Source: a virus. From it: DNA of 64,000 nt. The DNA lies in the IMG/VR virus record IMGVR_UViG_3300045988_098422. The stretch is one strand, 5' to 3'. The notes beneath the pieces were generated by a model that saw only the letters and a program-made list of their open reading frames with translations, searched no databases and had not been told where the DNA came from. Of the stretch, positions 9,337-18,521 are shown piece after piece. Position 1 is the first letter of the stretch. Each line of letters opens with the position of its first letter. Both the position numbers and the translations under genes were made by a program.

Positions 9337-11337
9337 ATGGAATTGAAGTATTTGCGTCTGCAGAATTTTTTGTCATTCAAGGATATGCAACACACATTTT
9401 TGAATGAGCCTGTTTTAATTAAAGGGAAGAACCTTACTGAGACGGAAAGCCAAGAAACCAACGGTGCAGGAAAGAGTACAATGGAAGCGGGGATTGCATT
9501 TGCAATTCTCGCCACTTCTTTGCGCAAACAAACCTTAGATAAAGACTTGATATATTGGGGTGCGGATGAAGCGCATATATGGCTTGACATCTATTGTCCT
9601 ATTCGCAAACAGACCCTAAATATTCATCGCACGTTGCGTACAAAGGGGTCACAACTGTTGGAATTGACTTTGAACGAGGAAGAGGGTAGTGTGCATTTTG
9701 CCACTGTATCAGATGGCAACAACTACATTCTTAATTGGATAGGTATATCAGCAGTGGATTTGAAGAATTACTACTTGATTAACAAGGAGAATTTTAAATC
9801 GTTTGTTTCAAGTAGTAATACTGAACGTTTGGCGTTGATAAGCCGTTTTATTAAAGCTGAACAGTTGGACACGGCTGATGATGTTATAAAAGCTAAGAAT
9901 AAACCACTTGAGGCACAGGCTAAAGAGGCAGCGTTTAAGGTCGCGACGATAGAGGGTGAATTAAGCGTCTATACGCAACAATTAGAGGCTGAGGCGGAGC
10001 GTAACTTGGAACAAGAGCGCAACGACAAATTAGAGGCTTTAAATATGCGTATGGATGGTGTGATTGCCCGCTATGATAAAGCGGAGCAAATAAAACAGAA
10101 TGCGACATTGGCTATAAAGTTGGCAGAAGATAACATTGCTAAAGAGAAACATAAACTTCAGGATTTTGAAAAGGCATTAGCCGAACTTAACAAGCAAGAT
10201 TTTACAGCCCGTTATAAAAGTATTCAGGAAGCCCGTGCCACCGCTGACAGCAAAGTAGACGCAGAACGCCAACAGTTAACAGATACGAAGAAAAATGTAC
10301 AGAGTTTAAGCCTTTCTATTCAACGTTTGTCAGGCATTTTGCAAGGGACGATAAAGTGCCCCAAATGTCAGCACGAGTTTGCTATTGCTGACCCCGATTT
10401 GGATTTGCAGGGGGTACGCAAGAAATTAGAGTTGGAAACTTCTAAGCGAACTTCTACGGAGCAACAGGTGGCATCACTACAAAAACGGCTTGAAACGCTA
10501 GCCACCCAATTGAAAACGTTTGATGAAGAAACTGGACAGGTACGTGAGGAAGAACGTGAACATTTGAAATCTGTAAGGGCTTTGCAGTCCCAAGTATTTG
10601 AAGTCCAAGACACTATTAAAAGACACGAACAATTGATTAAAAGTAATCAACGTGACATTGAGCAAATGGACGTGGAACTTGAAAACTGCAATTCCCAAAG
10701 TGAAAAATTACTTGAGGAAATTGAAAAGGTTGAAAAAGAAGAGTTAGAAACCCGTGAAGCCGAGTTAAAAGGGATTATAGCTTTAACCGAAAAGAAGTTA
10801 CAGAAAGCTCAAAAAGAACGTGACAAATACGAAGCCGAGGTATCTAACAATGTGCAATGGGGGCTGAGAATGAAAGAATTTAAGATGTCCCTAGCGTGCG
10901 AACAGTTGCGCATCATTCAAAATTTTGCTAATTTGGCTCTCCAAAAACAAAGGTCAGATTTACGTTTAAGTATTGACGGTTTTAAACGTAACGCCAACGG
11001 TAAAGTAAAAGAAGAGATTACTGTTACAGTCATTAACAGTGAGGGCGAGTATAAACCATTTTGGTCTTTCAGTGGCGGTGAGCGTGCCCGTATAGAAGTT
11101 GCACTTATACAGGCTTTCCAGGAAATGATAAACGGAACGAATGAGTGGGGTGGTTTGCATTTCCTAATGATTGATGAAGTATTGGAAGGGACAGACCCGT
11201 TGGGATTGGCTTTGTTGCTAGAAAGTTTGAACGATGTTGGACATCCGGTGTATATAATAAGTCACGTGATGAATATACGTGCCGGAGTCCGCACATTAAC
11301 AGTCGTAAAAGAAAATGGCGAAAGTTACATTGAGTAA
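9337..11337 (+). CDS. sbcC: SbcC/Rad50-family ATPase
   Basis: Walker A NGAGKST, long coiled coil with CPKCQ zinc-hook, signature FSGGERARIEVAL, Walker B FLMIDEVLEG. Confidence 0.85.
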   Translation: MELKYLRLQNFLSFKDMQHTFLNEPVLIKGKNLTETESQETNGAGKSTMEAGIAFAILATSLRKQTLDKDLIYWGADEAHIWLDIYCPIRKQTLNIHRTLRTKGSQLLELTLNEEEGSVHFATVSDGNNYILNWIGISAVDLKNYYLINKENFKSFVSSSNTERLALISRFIKAEQLDTADDVIKAKNKPLEAQAKEAAFKVATIEGELSVYTQQLEAEAERNLEQERNDKLEALNMRMDGVIARYDKAEQIKQNATLAIKLAEDNIAKEKHKLQDFEKALAELNKQDFTARYKSIQEARATADSKVDAERQQLTDTKKNVQSLSLSIQRLSGILQGTIKCPKCQHEFAIADPDLDLQGVRKKLELETSKRTSTEQQVASLQKRLETLATQLKTFDEETGQVREEEREHLKSVRALQSQVFEVQDTIKRHEQLIKSNQRDIEQMDVELENCNSQSEKLLEEIEKVEKEELETREAELKGIIALTEKKLQKAQKERDKYEAEVSNNVQWGLRMKEFKMSLACEQLRIIQNFANLALQKQRSDLRLSIDGFKRNANGKVKEEITVTVINSEGEYKPFWSFSGGERARIEVALIQAFQEMINGTNEWGGLHFLMIDEVLEGTDPLGLALLLESLNDVGHPVYIISHVMNIRAGVRTLTVVKENGESYIE

Positions 11338-11833
11338 AGAAATAGATTGGACAGCAATTGGAATTGACCCCGGAAAAGAGGGGTTTATTACAGTAATGCG
11401 ACGGGGTTTTATACACAGTTACCCTGTTCCAAAAGTAAAGGATGTTATTGATGAGGAAGGATTGGCAGCGTTGGTTTTAGAAATCGCTGAACAGTGTGAC
11501 CCTCAATACACTCACATAGCGATAGAGGACGTACACGCTTTGCACGGTTCATCAGCGCAGGGGACATTCAACTTTGGTGGGATAACATGGGCTCTCCGTA
11601 TGGCGTTTATTGTGTGCGGGCTACCTGTTCATCGGGTAGCCCCTAAAAAGTGGCAAAAAGAGATGCACGAGGGAGTTAAACCGTGCGCAGATAAGAAACA
11701 GATGTCTATATTAGCGGCTAAACGGTTGTTCCCTAATTACAATCTTTTACGGACGCCAAACTGCAAGAAGCCTGATGACAATCTTGTGGACAGTTTGTTG
11801 ATTGCTGAATATTGTAGGAGAAATTATTTATGA
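11315..11833 (+). CDS. ruvC: RuvC-like Holliday junction resolvase
   Basis: IGIDPGKEG, IAIEDV and DDNLVDSLLIAEY acidic motifs of the RuvC/RNase H fold; 172 aa. Confidence 0.65.
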   Translation: MAKVTLSKEIDWTAIGIDPGKEGFITVMRRGFIHSYPVPKVKDVIDEEGLAALVLEIAEQCDPQYTHIAIEDVHALHGSSAQGTFNFGGITWALRMAFIVCGLPVHRVAPKKWQKEMHEGVKPCADKKQMSILAAKRLFPNYNLLRTPNCKKPDDNLVDSLLIAEYCRRNYL

Positions 11834-12174
11834 AATACGTATTGGTTTGCCCGAATACGGGCTGCATAGAGCATAATAAGCCTGTGGATGCGGGTACTTA
11901 TTGCATGAAGTATGACAAAGCAACCAAACAGATGAAACCCGAATTTAAGGGGGAAATTCAGCGGTGTGTGGTTTGTGGTGAAGAATTACAGTTTACCGAA
12001 GCCCCAAGCGTTATTCCGGAATTTAGTGTAGGCACGTTCAAAGGATTGCCGGATGACAAGAAGAAAGAAGTGCTGCATAAACGTTTCCAAAAGGGGATGA
12101 CTAAGGGTGGTAATGATGAGAACGAATTAAGAAAAAGAGGTGCGGTTAAAAAATTAATTGGATATGATGACTAG
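11830..12174 (+). CDS. zinc-ribbon protein, function unknown
   Basis: CPNTGC ... CVVCGEEL Cys pairs; ATGA overlap with ruvC-like gene. Confidence 0.5.
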   Translation: MKYVLVCPNTGCIEHNKPVDAGTYCMKYDKATKQMKPEFKGEIQRCVVCGEELQFTEAPSVIPEFSVGTFKGLPDDKKKEVLHKRFQKGMTKGGNDENELRKRGAVKKLIGYDD

Positions 12175-12496
12175 TGAACAAATTAAAATGATGCTGGACG
12201 GTGTTAAAGGTCTGGCGATGAATTGTGAAGTTAACGTTTTGGTACTGAAAGTACTGGATGAGTACCGTGTTTATTTGGCTCCTGAAGTGCGCCTAAAGAC
12301 ACGTGAGTGCCGTTATAACGAAGTACGGGATGCTCAAGATATTACCGTATTGGTGAAGAACGTGGGGGTGAACTTTGCGCTTGGTATGACGCATCAGACA
12401 TTAATGGAAAAGGCACAGTCCATTCACAAGGAAAGTTTCAAGTTCGGTACTGATGATTATATGTGGTTTACGAAAGTTGATTTAAACCGTGGTTAA
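12158..12496 (+). CDS. hypothetical protein
   Basis: Tracked ORF, 112 aa, 17-nt overlap upstream. Confidence 0.5.
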   Translation: MDMMTSEQIKMMLDGVKGLAMNCEVNVLVLKVLDEYRVYLAPEVRLKTRECRYNEVRDAQDITVLVKNVGVNFALGMTHQTLMEKAQSIHKESFKFGTDDYMWFTKVDLNRG

Positions 12497-12528
12497 GAAG
12501 AAAAGTGCAAATGTTTGCTGAGGATTTC

Positions 12529-12559
12529 TTTGGAATGTCATTTTAAGTTGCTACATTTG
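12529..12559 (+). promoter_or_regulatory. Bacteroidota-type promoter (-33 TTTG / -7 TAcaTTTG)
   Basis: TTTG 12529-12532, 19-nt spacer, TACATTTG 12552-12559. Confidence 0.6.
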
Positions 12560-12579
12560 TGCAGTTAATTAACAACATC

Positions 12580-13665
12580 ATGGAAAATTTAACAGATATC
12601 TTTTTAAAATCCAGAGGGCACAAATATTTACGCAAAGTGCCGAACGGTAAAGGCGGTTATCGTTACATATACGAAGAACCGAGCCTGAAAACTACTTCGG
12701 TAGTCACACGTGAACAAAAGTACAAACAGAACGGGTGGGATTACAATACCCCATCAACGGTTGAGTACGCAAACGACCCACAGCGTAAACGGCTGCATCG
12801 TAAAACAGTTGCCGAGTACATTAAACGTTCAAGCCGACAGGGTGAAACGCCTCGTGCGGTGTTTACATTAGGCGGTTCGGGTGCGGGTAAAAGTACCGTT
12901 CTTAGAATGTTAGGTGAGCAAGACCCGTCCTTTAACAAAATTGTTACTGTTGATAGTGACGATATTAAGACAAAAACGTTTAAGGAAGATTTTGACGCTT
13001 ACAACAAACAAAAGAAGATGAGTGCCGCAGGGCGTTTGCATGAAGAGAGTAGCGAATTGGCTGATAAAATTGTTGACGGTATATTAAGCGTAAATAATGA
13101 CTACTTAAAGGATGGTACGATGAAAACGTATGCTTCTGCCGCAGCGGAAATTGAAAAAGCTAAGAAGAAAGGCTACCGGACTGATGTAGTAGGTGTGACA
13201 ATTTCGGTGGAAGAAGCCATTCGTCGGGCATATTCTAGAGCAGCTAAATCTGGTCGTCACGTTGAACCTGAAGTAATTGTAAAGGCTCATGTCGGTTCTA
13301 CGGAAACATTTTTGAAGTTAATTGAAACAGGTTTGGCAGATAGTTTGAAATTGTATGATAATTCGAGTAGTTCGCCAATACTAATCTATGATAGTGAGGA
13401 TGAAAATCCTATTAAGAACGTTAAGTTATTTGAGGAATTTAAAAATAAGAGGAATTACACTATGGCAAAGAAAGACAACAACATTGAAAAATCTTATGAT
13501 TTTGGTAAAAGTGAGTTTAACCGAAAAATGAAAAAGATATACCAAGAGCGAGAGGCTAAAGGTCTTCCAAATAGTGTGGATATACCAAACGACGCAGATG
13601 CGGACGACTTGGCACGCTTAAGAGCTTTTGGGGAATGGTTGAGCGATGGGCAACCCGTAGATTAA
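12580..13665 (+). CDS. zeta-toxin-like P-loop kinase domain protein
   Basis: Walker A LGGSGAGKSTV then VDSDDIK and HEESSEL. The N-terminus carries HKYLRKVPNGKGGYRYIYEEP. Start moved to ATG 12580 because the tracked GTG 12559 lies inside the -7 box. Confidence 0.55.
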   Translation: MENLTDIFLKSRGHKYLRKVPNGKGGYRYIYEEPSLKTTSVVTREQKYKQNGWDYNTPSTVEYANDPQRKRLHRKTVAEYIKRSSRQGETPRAVFTLGGSGAGKSTVLRMLGEQDPSFNKIVTVDSDDIKTKTFKEDFDAYNKQKKMSAAGRLHEESSELADKIVDGILSVNNDYLKDGTMKTYASAAAEIEKAKKKGYRTDVVGVTISVEEAIRRAYSRAAKSGRHVEPEVIVKAHVGSTETFLKLIETGLADSLKLYDNSSSSPILIYDSEDENPIKNVKLFEEFKNKRNYTMAKKDNNIEKSYDFGKSEFNRKMKKIYQEREAKGLPNSVDIPNDADADDLARLRAFGEWLSDGQPVD

Positions 13666-13689
13666 TCTAAAGATTTTTCGGCTAGTTCC

Positions 13690-13719
13690 TTGCATAATTC
13701 AAAATTATGACTACCTTTG
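13690..13719 (+). promoter_or_regulatory. Bacteroidota-type promoter in conserved cassette
   Basis: TTG 13690-13692, 19-nt spacer, TACCTTTG 13712-13719, then leader TAGTGTCAATCAATAAAAC. Confidence 0.7.
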
Positions 13720-13747
13720 TAGTGTCAATCAATAAAACAAGGTAGTC

Positions 13748-14050
13748 ATGAAAAGAAAAGTATTAACAGTCAGTGAAGTTAACCAAATGTTAATCCGCAA
13801 GGGATATAGAAGTTGTGAAACTATTCACATAGATATAGAAAATTCTTGGGAAGCGGATACTTTAGTATTTGAAGAATACAAAGATGGACACAGCGTTTGC
13901 GGGCTTTATAAGTTTCATCAATCTGAAGGCTGTCCAGTAGGTTGCGGCAATTTAACTAGAGTGGCAACCTACCGTAAATTAAAGGTTGCTGAAAAATACG
14001 AAATTATTGGTATTGTGGCACGTTTACCCAAACAAGAAAATAAAAATTGA
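13748..14050 (+). CDS. hypothetical protein
   Basis: Tracked ORF, 100 aa, directly downstream of promoter cassette. Confidence 0.55.
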   Translation: MKRKVLTVSEVNQMLIRKGYRSCETIHIDIENSWEADTLVFEEYKDGHSVCGLYKFHQSEGCPVGCGNLTRVATYRKLKVAEKYEIIGIVARLPKQENKN

Positions 14051-14057
14051 TTTAGTT

Positions 14058-16022
14058 ATGGCAAAGAAAGTTAGTTGTGAAGAATTAAGAAACCAACTGT
14101 TAGCCGCAAATGCGGCTTACAGAAGCGGTGAAAGTATTATGTCCGATGTGGAATACGATGCGTTGGTGGAAAAGCTACGTAAACTAGACCCGTCGGACAT
14201 CTTTTTTAATAAAGGAATAGTTGAAGCAGCCGATGACAGAATGGAAGAGTTGCCTGTTCCTATGTACAGTCTTGAAAAGATTAAGGAAATTAAACCGTTG
14301 CGCAAGTGGTTGAAAAAGATGTTGGATGCTGGAGCTTGCGAAGTTGTGGCGATGCCAAAATTTGACGGAATAAGCCTGTTGACCTACGATATGGATGGCG
14401 ACCAAGCGTGGACACGTGGTGACGGTATTGAGGGGCAACGAAGTGACGCACATTTTACTCGCATGAATAACGGCAAGCCCAAAGGATATTTCTGTAACGT
14501 GCATACATGGGGCGAAGCCATTTGTAAGAAAACCACCTTTGCACACTTAAAGGATGAATTGAATGTAGCGTACAAGAACGCCCGAAACATGGTGGCGGGC
14601 GTGTTTAATTCTTCGGACGGTTTTAAGAACTCTGTAATTGCCTATATTGATTTTGTGCGATATGGTATTGATGAACCAATTGACAAGGATGACCAATTGC
14701 GGGTGTTGCGCAATCGTTACCAGAATGTCACACCATCCAGAACCTACTTAATTGAAGAATTATTGGAGCTTGATGATGCAGACTTGAACGACCTTATTGA
14801 TTTGGAACTGCATGATGAATTTGACGCAGAGTACAAGATAGACGGTATTGTATTGGAAATTAATGAATGGGCGGTGAAACAACAGCTTGGAAGACTACCG
14901 AATGGAAACCCCGCTTATTCGGTTGCATTTAAGCGTGAAGAATGGTGTGACATTTATCAAACTAAAGTGACAGGGATTGAAAAAGGTATTGGCAAAACAG
15001 GTGTTTTGAACCCTGTTATCCTAATTGAACCCGTGGAAATAAATGGTGCGACAGTGAGCCGTGCTACCGCTTATAACGCTGCCTATTTGGTTGAAAACAA
15101 CATTTGTGAGGGGGCTGTGATAGAGGTTACTCGTGGGGGTGATGTAATACCCAAACACTTGAAAACATTGGAATATAACGAAACAATGTTTGAAAAGATG
15201 TGTGATGACCTTGTTATCTGTCCTTCGTGTGGGAAACCGTTAAAATGGAATGAAACAAATGTTGATTTAGTGTGTACGAATGACAAATGTAAAGAAATGG
15301 TAATCAGTGAAATGGTTTACTTTTTCCGTACAATGGGGTGTGAACAGTTTGAAGAACCTACAATACGTCGTTTGTATAATTTTGGCTACCGTAGTGTAGA
15401 AACGATTTTAGAGTCTCATGTAGCCGAGTTCCAAAAGTTGCTCGGCAAGGCTAAGGGTAAAACGGTTTACGACCAAATACAGAAAGTGTTGACTGAAGGC
15501 GTGCCGATGGCACGTTACATGACGGCACTAAATATTTTTGATGGCAAAATTGCCGAAGCCACCTGTCAGAAAATTTTTGATGCAGCGAATCCGGAAATGG
15601 TGGAAAGAGTAAAAACTGTTTCGTACGAAATTGGTAGCATAGCGGAAGCCACCTATTTAGCCAAGTCTTTAGAACAGGTTAACGGGGTAGGCGAGATATT
15701 GGCACGCTCATTCGTTAAGGGGCTGATAAAACTTCAACACATAGGTATATATCCGGGAGTAAATATTACCTATGTTCAGACGCCTGAAACTACACCGCTT
15801 GCAGAAAATGCGATGGTTGTATGTATGACAGGTTTTAGGGATAAGGAAATGGAAGTGCAACTCAATAAACTTGGACACAGGGTTGTTGATGGCGTTACTA
15901 AAGAATGCAATGTGCTCGTAGTTGCTGATTTGAACAGCAATAGCAGCAAGATGAAAAAGGCAAAAGAAAAAGGACTTAGAATTGTAGAACGTATGGAATT
16001 TAGACGTGAATTACTATTATAA
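14058..16022 (+). CDS. ligA: NAD-dependent DNA ligase
   Basis: Adenylation motif AMPKFDGIS (KxDG), Zn finger CPSCGKPLKW..VCTNDKC and a C-terminal BRCT-like VVCMTGF. Start moved to ATG 14058 (MAKKVSCEEL), after the stop of the upstream gene. Confidence 0.9.
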   Translation: MAKKVSCEELRNQLLAANAAYRSGESIMSDVEYDALVEKLRKLDPSDIFFNKGIVEAADDRMEELPVPMYSLEKIKEIKPLRKWLKKMLDAGACEVVAMPKFDGISLLTYDMDGDQAWTRGDGIEGQRSDAHFTRMNNGKPKGYFCNVHTWGEAICKKTTFAHLKDELNVAYKNARNMVAGVFNSSDGFKNSVIAYIDFVRYGIDEPIDKDDQLRVLRNRYQNVTPSRTYLIEELLELDDADLNDLIDLELHDEFDAEYKIDGIVLEINEWAVKQQLGRLPNGNPAYSVAFKREEWCDIYQTKVTGIEKGIGKTGVLNPVILIEPVEINGATVSRATAYNAAYLVENNICEGAVIEVTRGGDVIPKHLKTLEYNETMFEKMCDDLVICPSCGKPLKWNETNVDLVCTNDKCKEMVISEMVYFFRTMGCEQFEEPTIRRLYNFGYRSVETILESHVAEFQKLLGKAKGKTVYDQIQKVLTEGVPMARYMTALNIFDGKIAEATCQKIFDAANPEMVERVKTVSYEIGSIAEATYLAKSLEQVNGVGEILARSFVKGLIKLQHIGIYPGVNITYVQTPETTPLAENAMVVCMTGFRDKEMEVQLNKLGHRVVDGVTKECNVLVVADLNSNSSKMKKAKEKGLRIVERMEFRRELLL

Positions 16023-17670
16023 GGACAATCAATATTGGTACGTAGGATTTCGCTACGACGAACGCTTGGTTAAAGAAATCAAGCGTTTTGTTGGAGCGGG
16101 GTATAATCCCGAGAATAAAGAATGGTACATTCCTTTCACATTACCAACTGTCGCACCGTTGCAAAAATGGTTACACGACAATGGATTTGTGGAAGGGATG
16201 AATTATTACCCCTCTAAACGGGTGCTGGAGTATCAGGAACCCCCTGTAATTATTACCCCTGAAGATGTGGCTATTGCTTGTAAAGAGCTAGGGTTTAAGC
16301 GAATGCCACGTCCATATCAATGTGAGGGTATTGCTTACATGATAAATCATGGCAACTGCATAAACGGGGATGATTGTGGCTTAGGGAAAACAGGGCAAAC
16401 GATTGCGACATTAGAATTAATGGATGCTTTTCCAGCTTTGGTTATCACTCCTGCATCTGTGAAATACAACTGGAAAAAGGAGTGGGAAAAATGGAACCCG
16501 ACCCGCACTGTTGGGGTAGTTGGGCGCAAAAAGAAGTTTGACGAAAATGTATGGCAGAATGACGTGATTATTATTAATTACGATATACTAGGTGAGCGGG
16601 GCTTAGATAAGCCAACAGCGAAGTTCAAAGAGCTCCTAAAGAAGCGATGGGCGTCTTGTGTGATGGATGAAATACATTTCTTGAAGAGCGAAAAGGCGTT
16701 ACGAACCAAAATGGCGAAGAAAATTGTAAAAACAGTTCCGCATGTATGGGGGTTAACAGGCACATTGACACAGAACAAACCCGCAGACTTAATACAGCCG
16801 TTTACGATAATACGTAGGTTTGAGGACATTTTTGGCAGTACGAAAGAATTTAAGTATCGTTATTGCAATGCGAAAATGACAGTATTTGGAATGGATTGTA
16901 GTGGGTTTAGCAATTTGGAAGAGCTACATGAATTGTTGCGAATGGGTGGGTACATCAGGCGTAATAAAAGAGATGTGCTGGATGAATTGCCGCCAATGGT
17001 GGAACAAACTATTGACGTGCCTATTAGCAATACTAGAGAATACCGTAAAGCGGAAAATAACCTGTTGGAATACTTGGAAAAGATAGATATAAACAAGGTG
17101 AACAGCGCAGTCAATGCTCCACACTTGGTAATGATACAAACGTTGAAACAATTAAGTATAGAGGGCAAACTTCCATTTATCACCACTTATATAAAAGAAT
17201 GGTTGGAAGCAAACGAGGGCGAGCAATTGCTTGTCTTTGGCGTGCACCGGATGCCTCTGCAACAGTTAGCCGAGTACTTCAAAGCCCCGCTTATACAAGG
17301 CGGAGTAAGTGCCGACAAGAAGCAACAAATCGTAAATGAATTCAGTAACGGGGGTCATCGCCTATTGTTTGCCAATATTCAGTCAGCCGGAACAGGTACG
17401 GACGGTCTACAAGATAATTGCAGCAACTTAGTATATATAGAGCTACCCGACAAAAGTACCGAGCTAGAGCAAGCAAATGCAAGACTTGAGCGGATGGGGC
17501 AACGGAATAGTATAAATATAACTTACTTGCTGTCACCGGACACGATAGATGCTGATATCAAAGAGATGGTTGCTGATAAAGGGATGATTACAGGCTTGGT
17601 GAACAAAGGTGGCAATGAAAACGAATTATTAACTAAGAAATTCTTATTAAAGAAAAATGGCAAAATTTGA
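16006..17670 (+). CDS. SNF2-family helicase
   Basis: DDCGLGKTGQ (motif I), MDEIHFLKS (DExH), LLFANIQSAGTGTDGLQ, ARLERMGQ. Confidence 0.85.
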   Translation: MNYYYKDNQYWYVGFRYDERLVKEIKRFVGAGYNPENKEWYIPFTLPTVAPLQKWLHDNGFVEGMNYYPSKRVLEYQEPPVIITPEDVAIACKELGFKRMPRPYQCEGIAYMINHGNCINGDDCGLGKTGQTIATLELMDAFPALVITPASVKYNWKKEWEKWNPTRTVGVVGRKKKFDENVWQNDVIIINYDILGERGLDKPTAKFKELLKKRWASCVMDEIHFLKSEKALRTKMAKKIVKTVPHVWGLTGTLTQNKPADLIQPFTIIRRFEDIFGSTKEFKYRYCNAKMTVFGMDCSGFSNLEELHELLRMGGYIRRNKRDVLDELPPMVEQTIDVPISNTREYRKAENNLLEYLEKIDINKVNSAVNAPHLVMIQTLKQLSIEGKLPFITTYIKEWLEANEGEQLLVFGVHRMPLQQLAEYFKAPLIQGGVSADKKQQIVNEFSNGGHRLLFANIQSAGTGTDGLQDNCSNLVYIELPDKSTELEQANARLERMGQRNSINITYLLSPDTIDADIKEMVADKGMITGLVNKGGNENELLTKKFLLKKNGKI

Positions 17671-17851
17671 AGCAAAGTTTTGGGGCACAAAAGAGAAGCG
17701 AGGACAGCTTGCTAAAGAAGTGGAAATTGTTGAGGCTACCACCCGAGGTGAGGTGGAGGGCAAGCTGTATGCTCGTGGATGGCTAAAAATTAACGGTTTA
17801 AAAGTAAGAGAAGCAAAGAATGAACCGAGTACCGATAACAATATGGACTGA
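17657..17851 (+). CDS. hypothetical small protein
   Basis: Tracked ORF, 64 aa, overlaps both neighbours (14 and 32 nt). Confidence 0.35.
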   Translation: MAKFEAKFWGTKEKRGQLAKEVEIVEATTRGEVEGKLYARGWLKINGLKVREAKNEPSTDNNMD

Positions 17852-18518
17852 TGGCAGTTGTACCACTAAAGACGACCGAAAAGGTGGAATGGGTGTGTAC
17901 CTACTTGCAGACGGATGCGAAGTAGCTTTGCGACGTGGTTATTGGAACACCACTACACCACGCATGGAACAGCGTGCGTTGATTGCAGCCGTGCAAATGA
18001 TAAACGTTGACATTCCTACTGATGTGTTGATTTGGTGCGACAGCAAGTTTATTGTAGAAGCGATAATGAACGGGGGTGTGCGACAATGGCGTGCCGATGG
18101 CTGGAAAGGTGTTGCAAACGTTGAACTTTGGAAGGAATTTGTTACCGAGGTTGAAAAACGTAGAAAGATGCGCTTATGCGTGCGTCATATCAATGGACAC
18201 CAAAAAGACTTGTTGAACCCTGTTATTTATGGGAATAATGTGGCTGATGCCCTTGCTGATTACCACACGCAAGATTCCTATGTGCAGGATAAGCCCCTAG
18301 AGGGGTTTAGTTGGTACGTTCACGACCCTAGTAGTTTGATATTTATTGCTAAAAACGAGGAACACGAGTATTTGGTTACACATGACGATATTGTGTTGTT
18401 AGGAGATTGCCATTATGCAACAGAAGAAGACCTTGTGAACTGCATAAATGGAAAATGGATTTTTGATGGTTACTACAACGGTGACTACGAAATAAATACC
18501 GAAATAAAAACGATTTAG
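17820..18518 (+). CDS. rnhA: RNase H (type I) with C-terminal extension
   Basis: ITIWTDGSC..GGMGVYL, EQRALIAAV, CDSKFIV, NNVADALA. Confidence 0.75.
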   Translation: MNRVPITIWTDGSCTTKDDRKGGMGVYLLADGCEVALRRGYWNTTTPRMEQRALIAAVQMINVDIPTDVLIWCDSKFIVEAIMNGGVRQWRADGWKGVANVELWKEFVTEVEKRRKMRLCVRHINGHQKDLLNPVIYGNNVADALADYHTQDSYVQDKPLEGFSWYVHDPSSLIFIAKNEEHEYLVTHDDIVLLGDCHYATEEDLVNCINGKWIFDGYYNGDYEINTEIKTI

Positions 18519-18521
18519 TAT

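Noticed and set aside
12559-12579. Tracked N-terminal extensions (12559, 13986, 28506 minus strand, 30597, 35819, 51920)
   Set aside because: These extensions begin at non-ATG codons or run through -7 boxes, terminator hairpins or the upstream gene. Internal ATGs just downstream of the regulatory elements were preferred.
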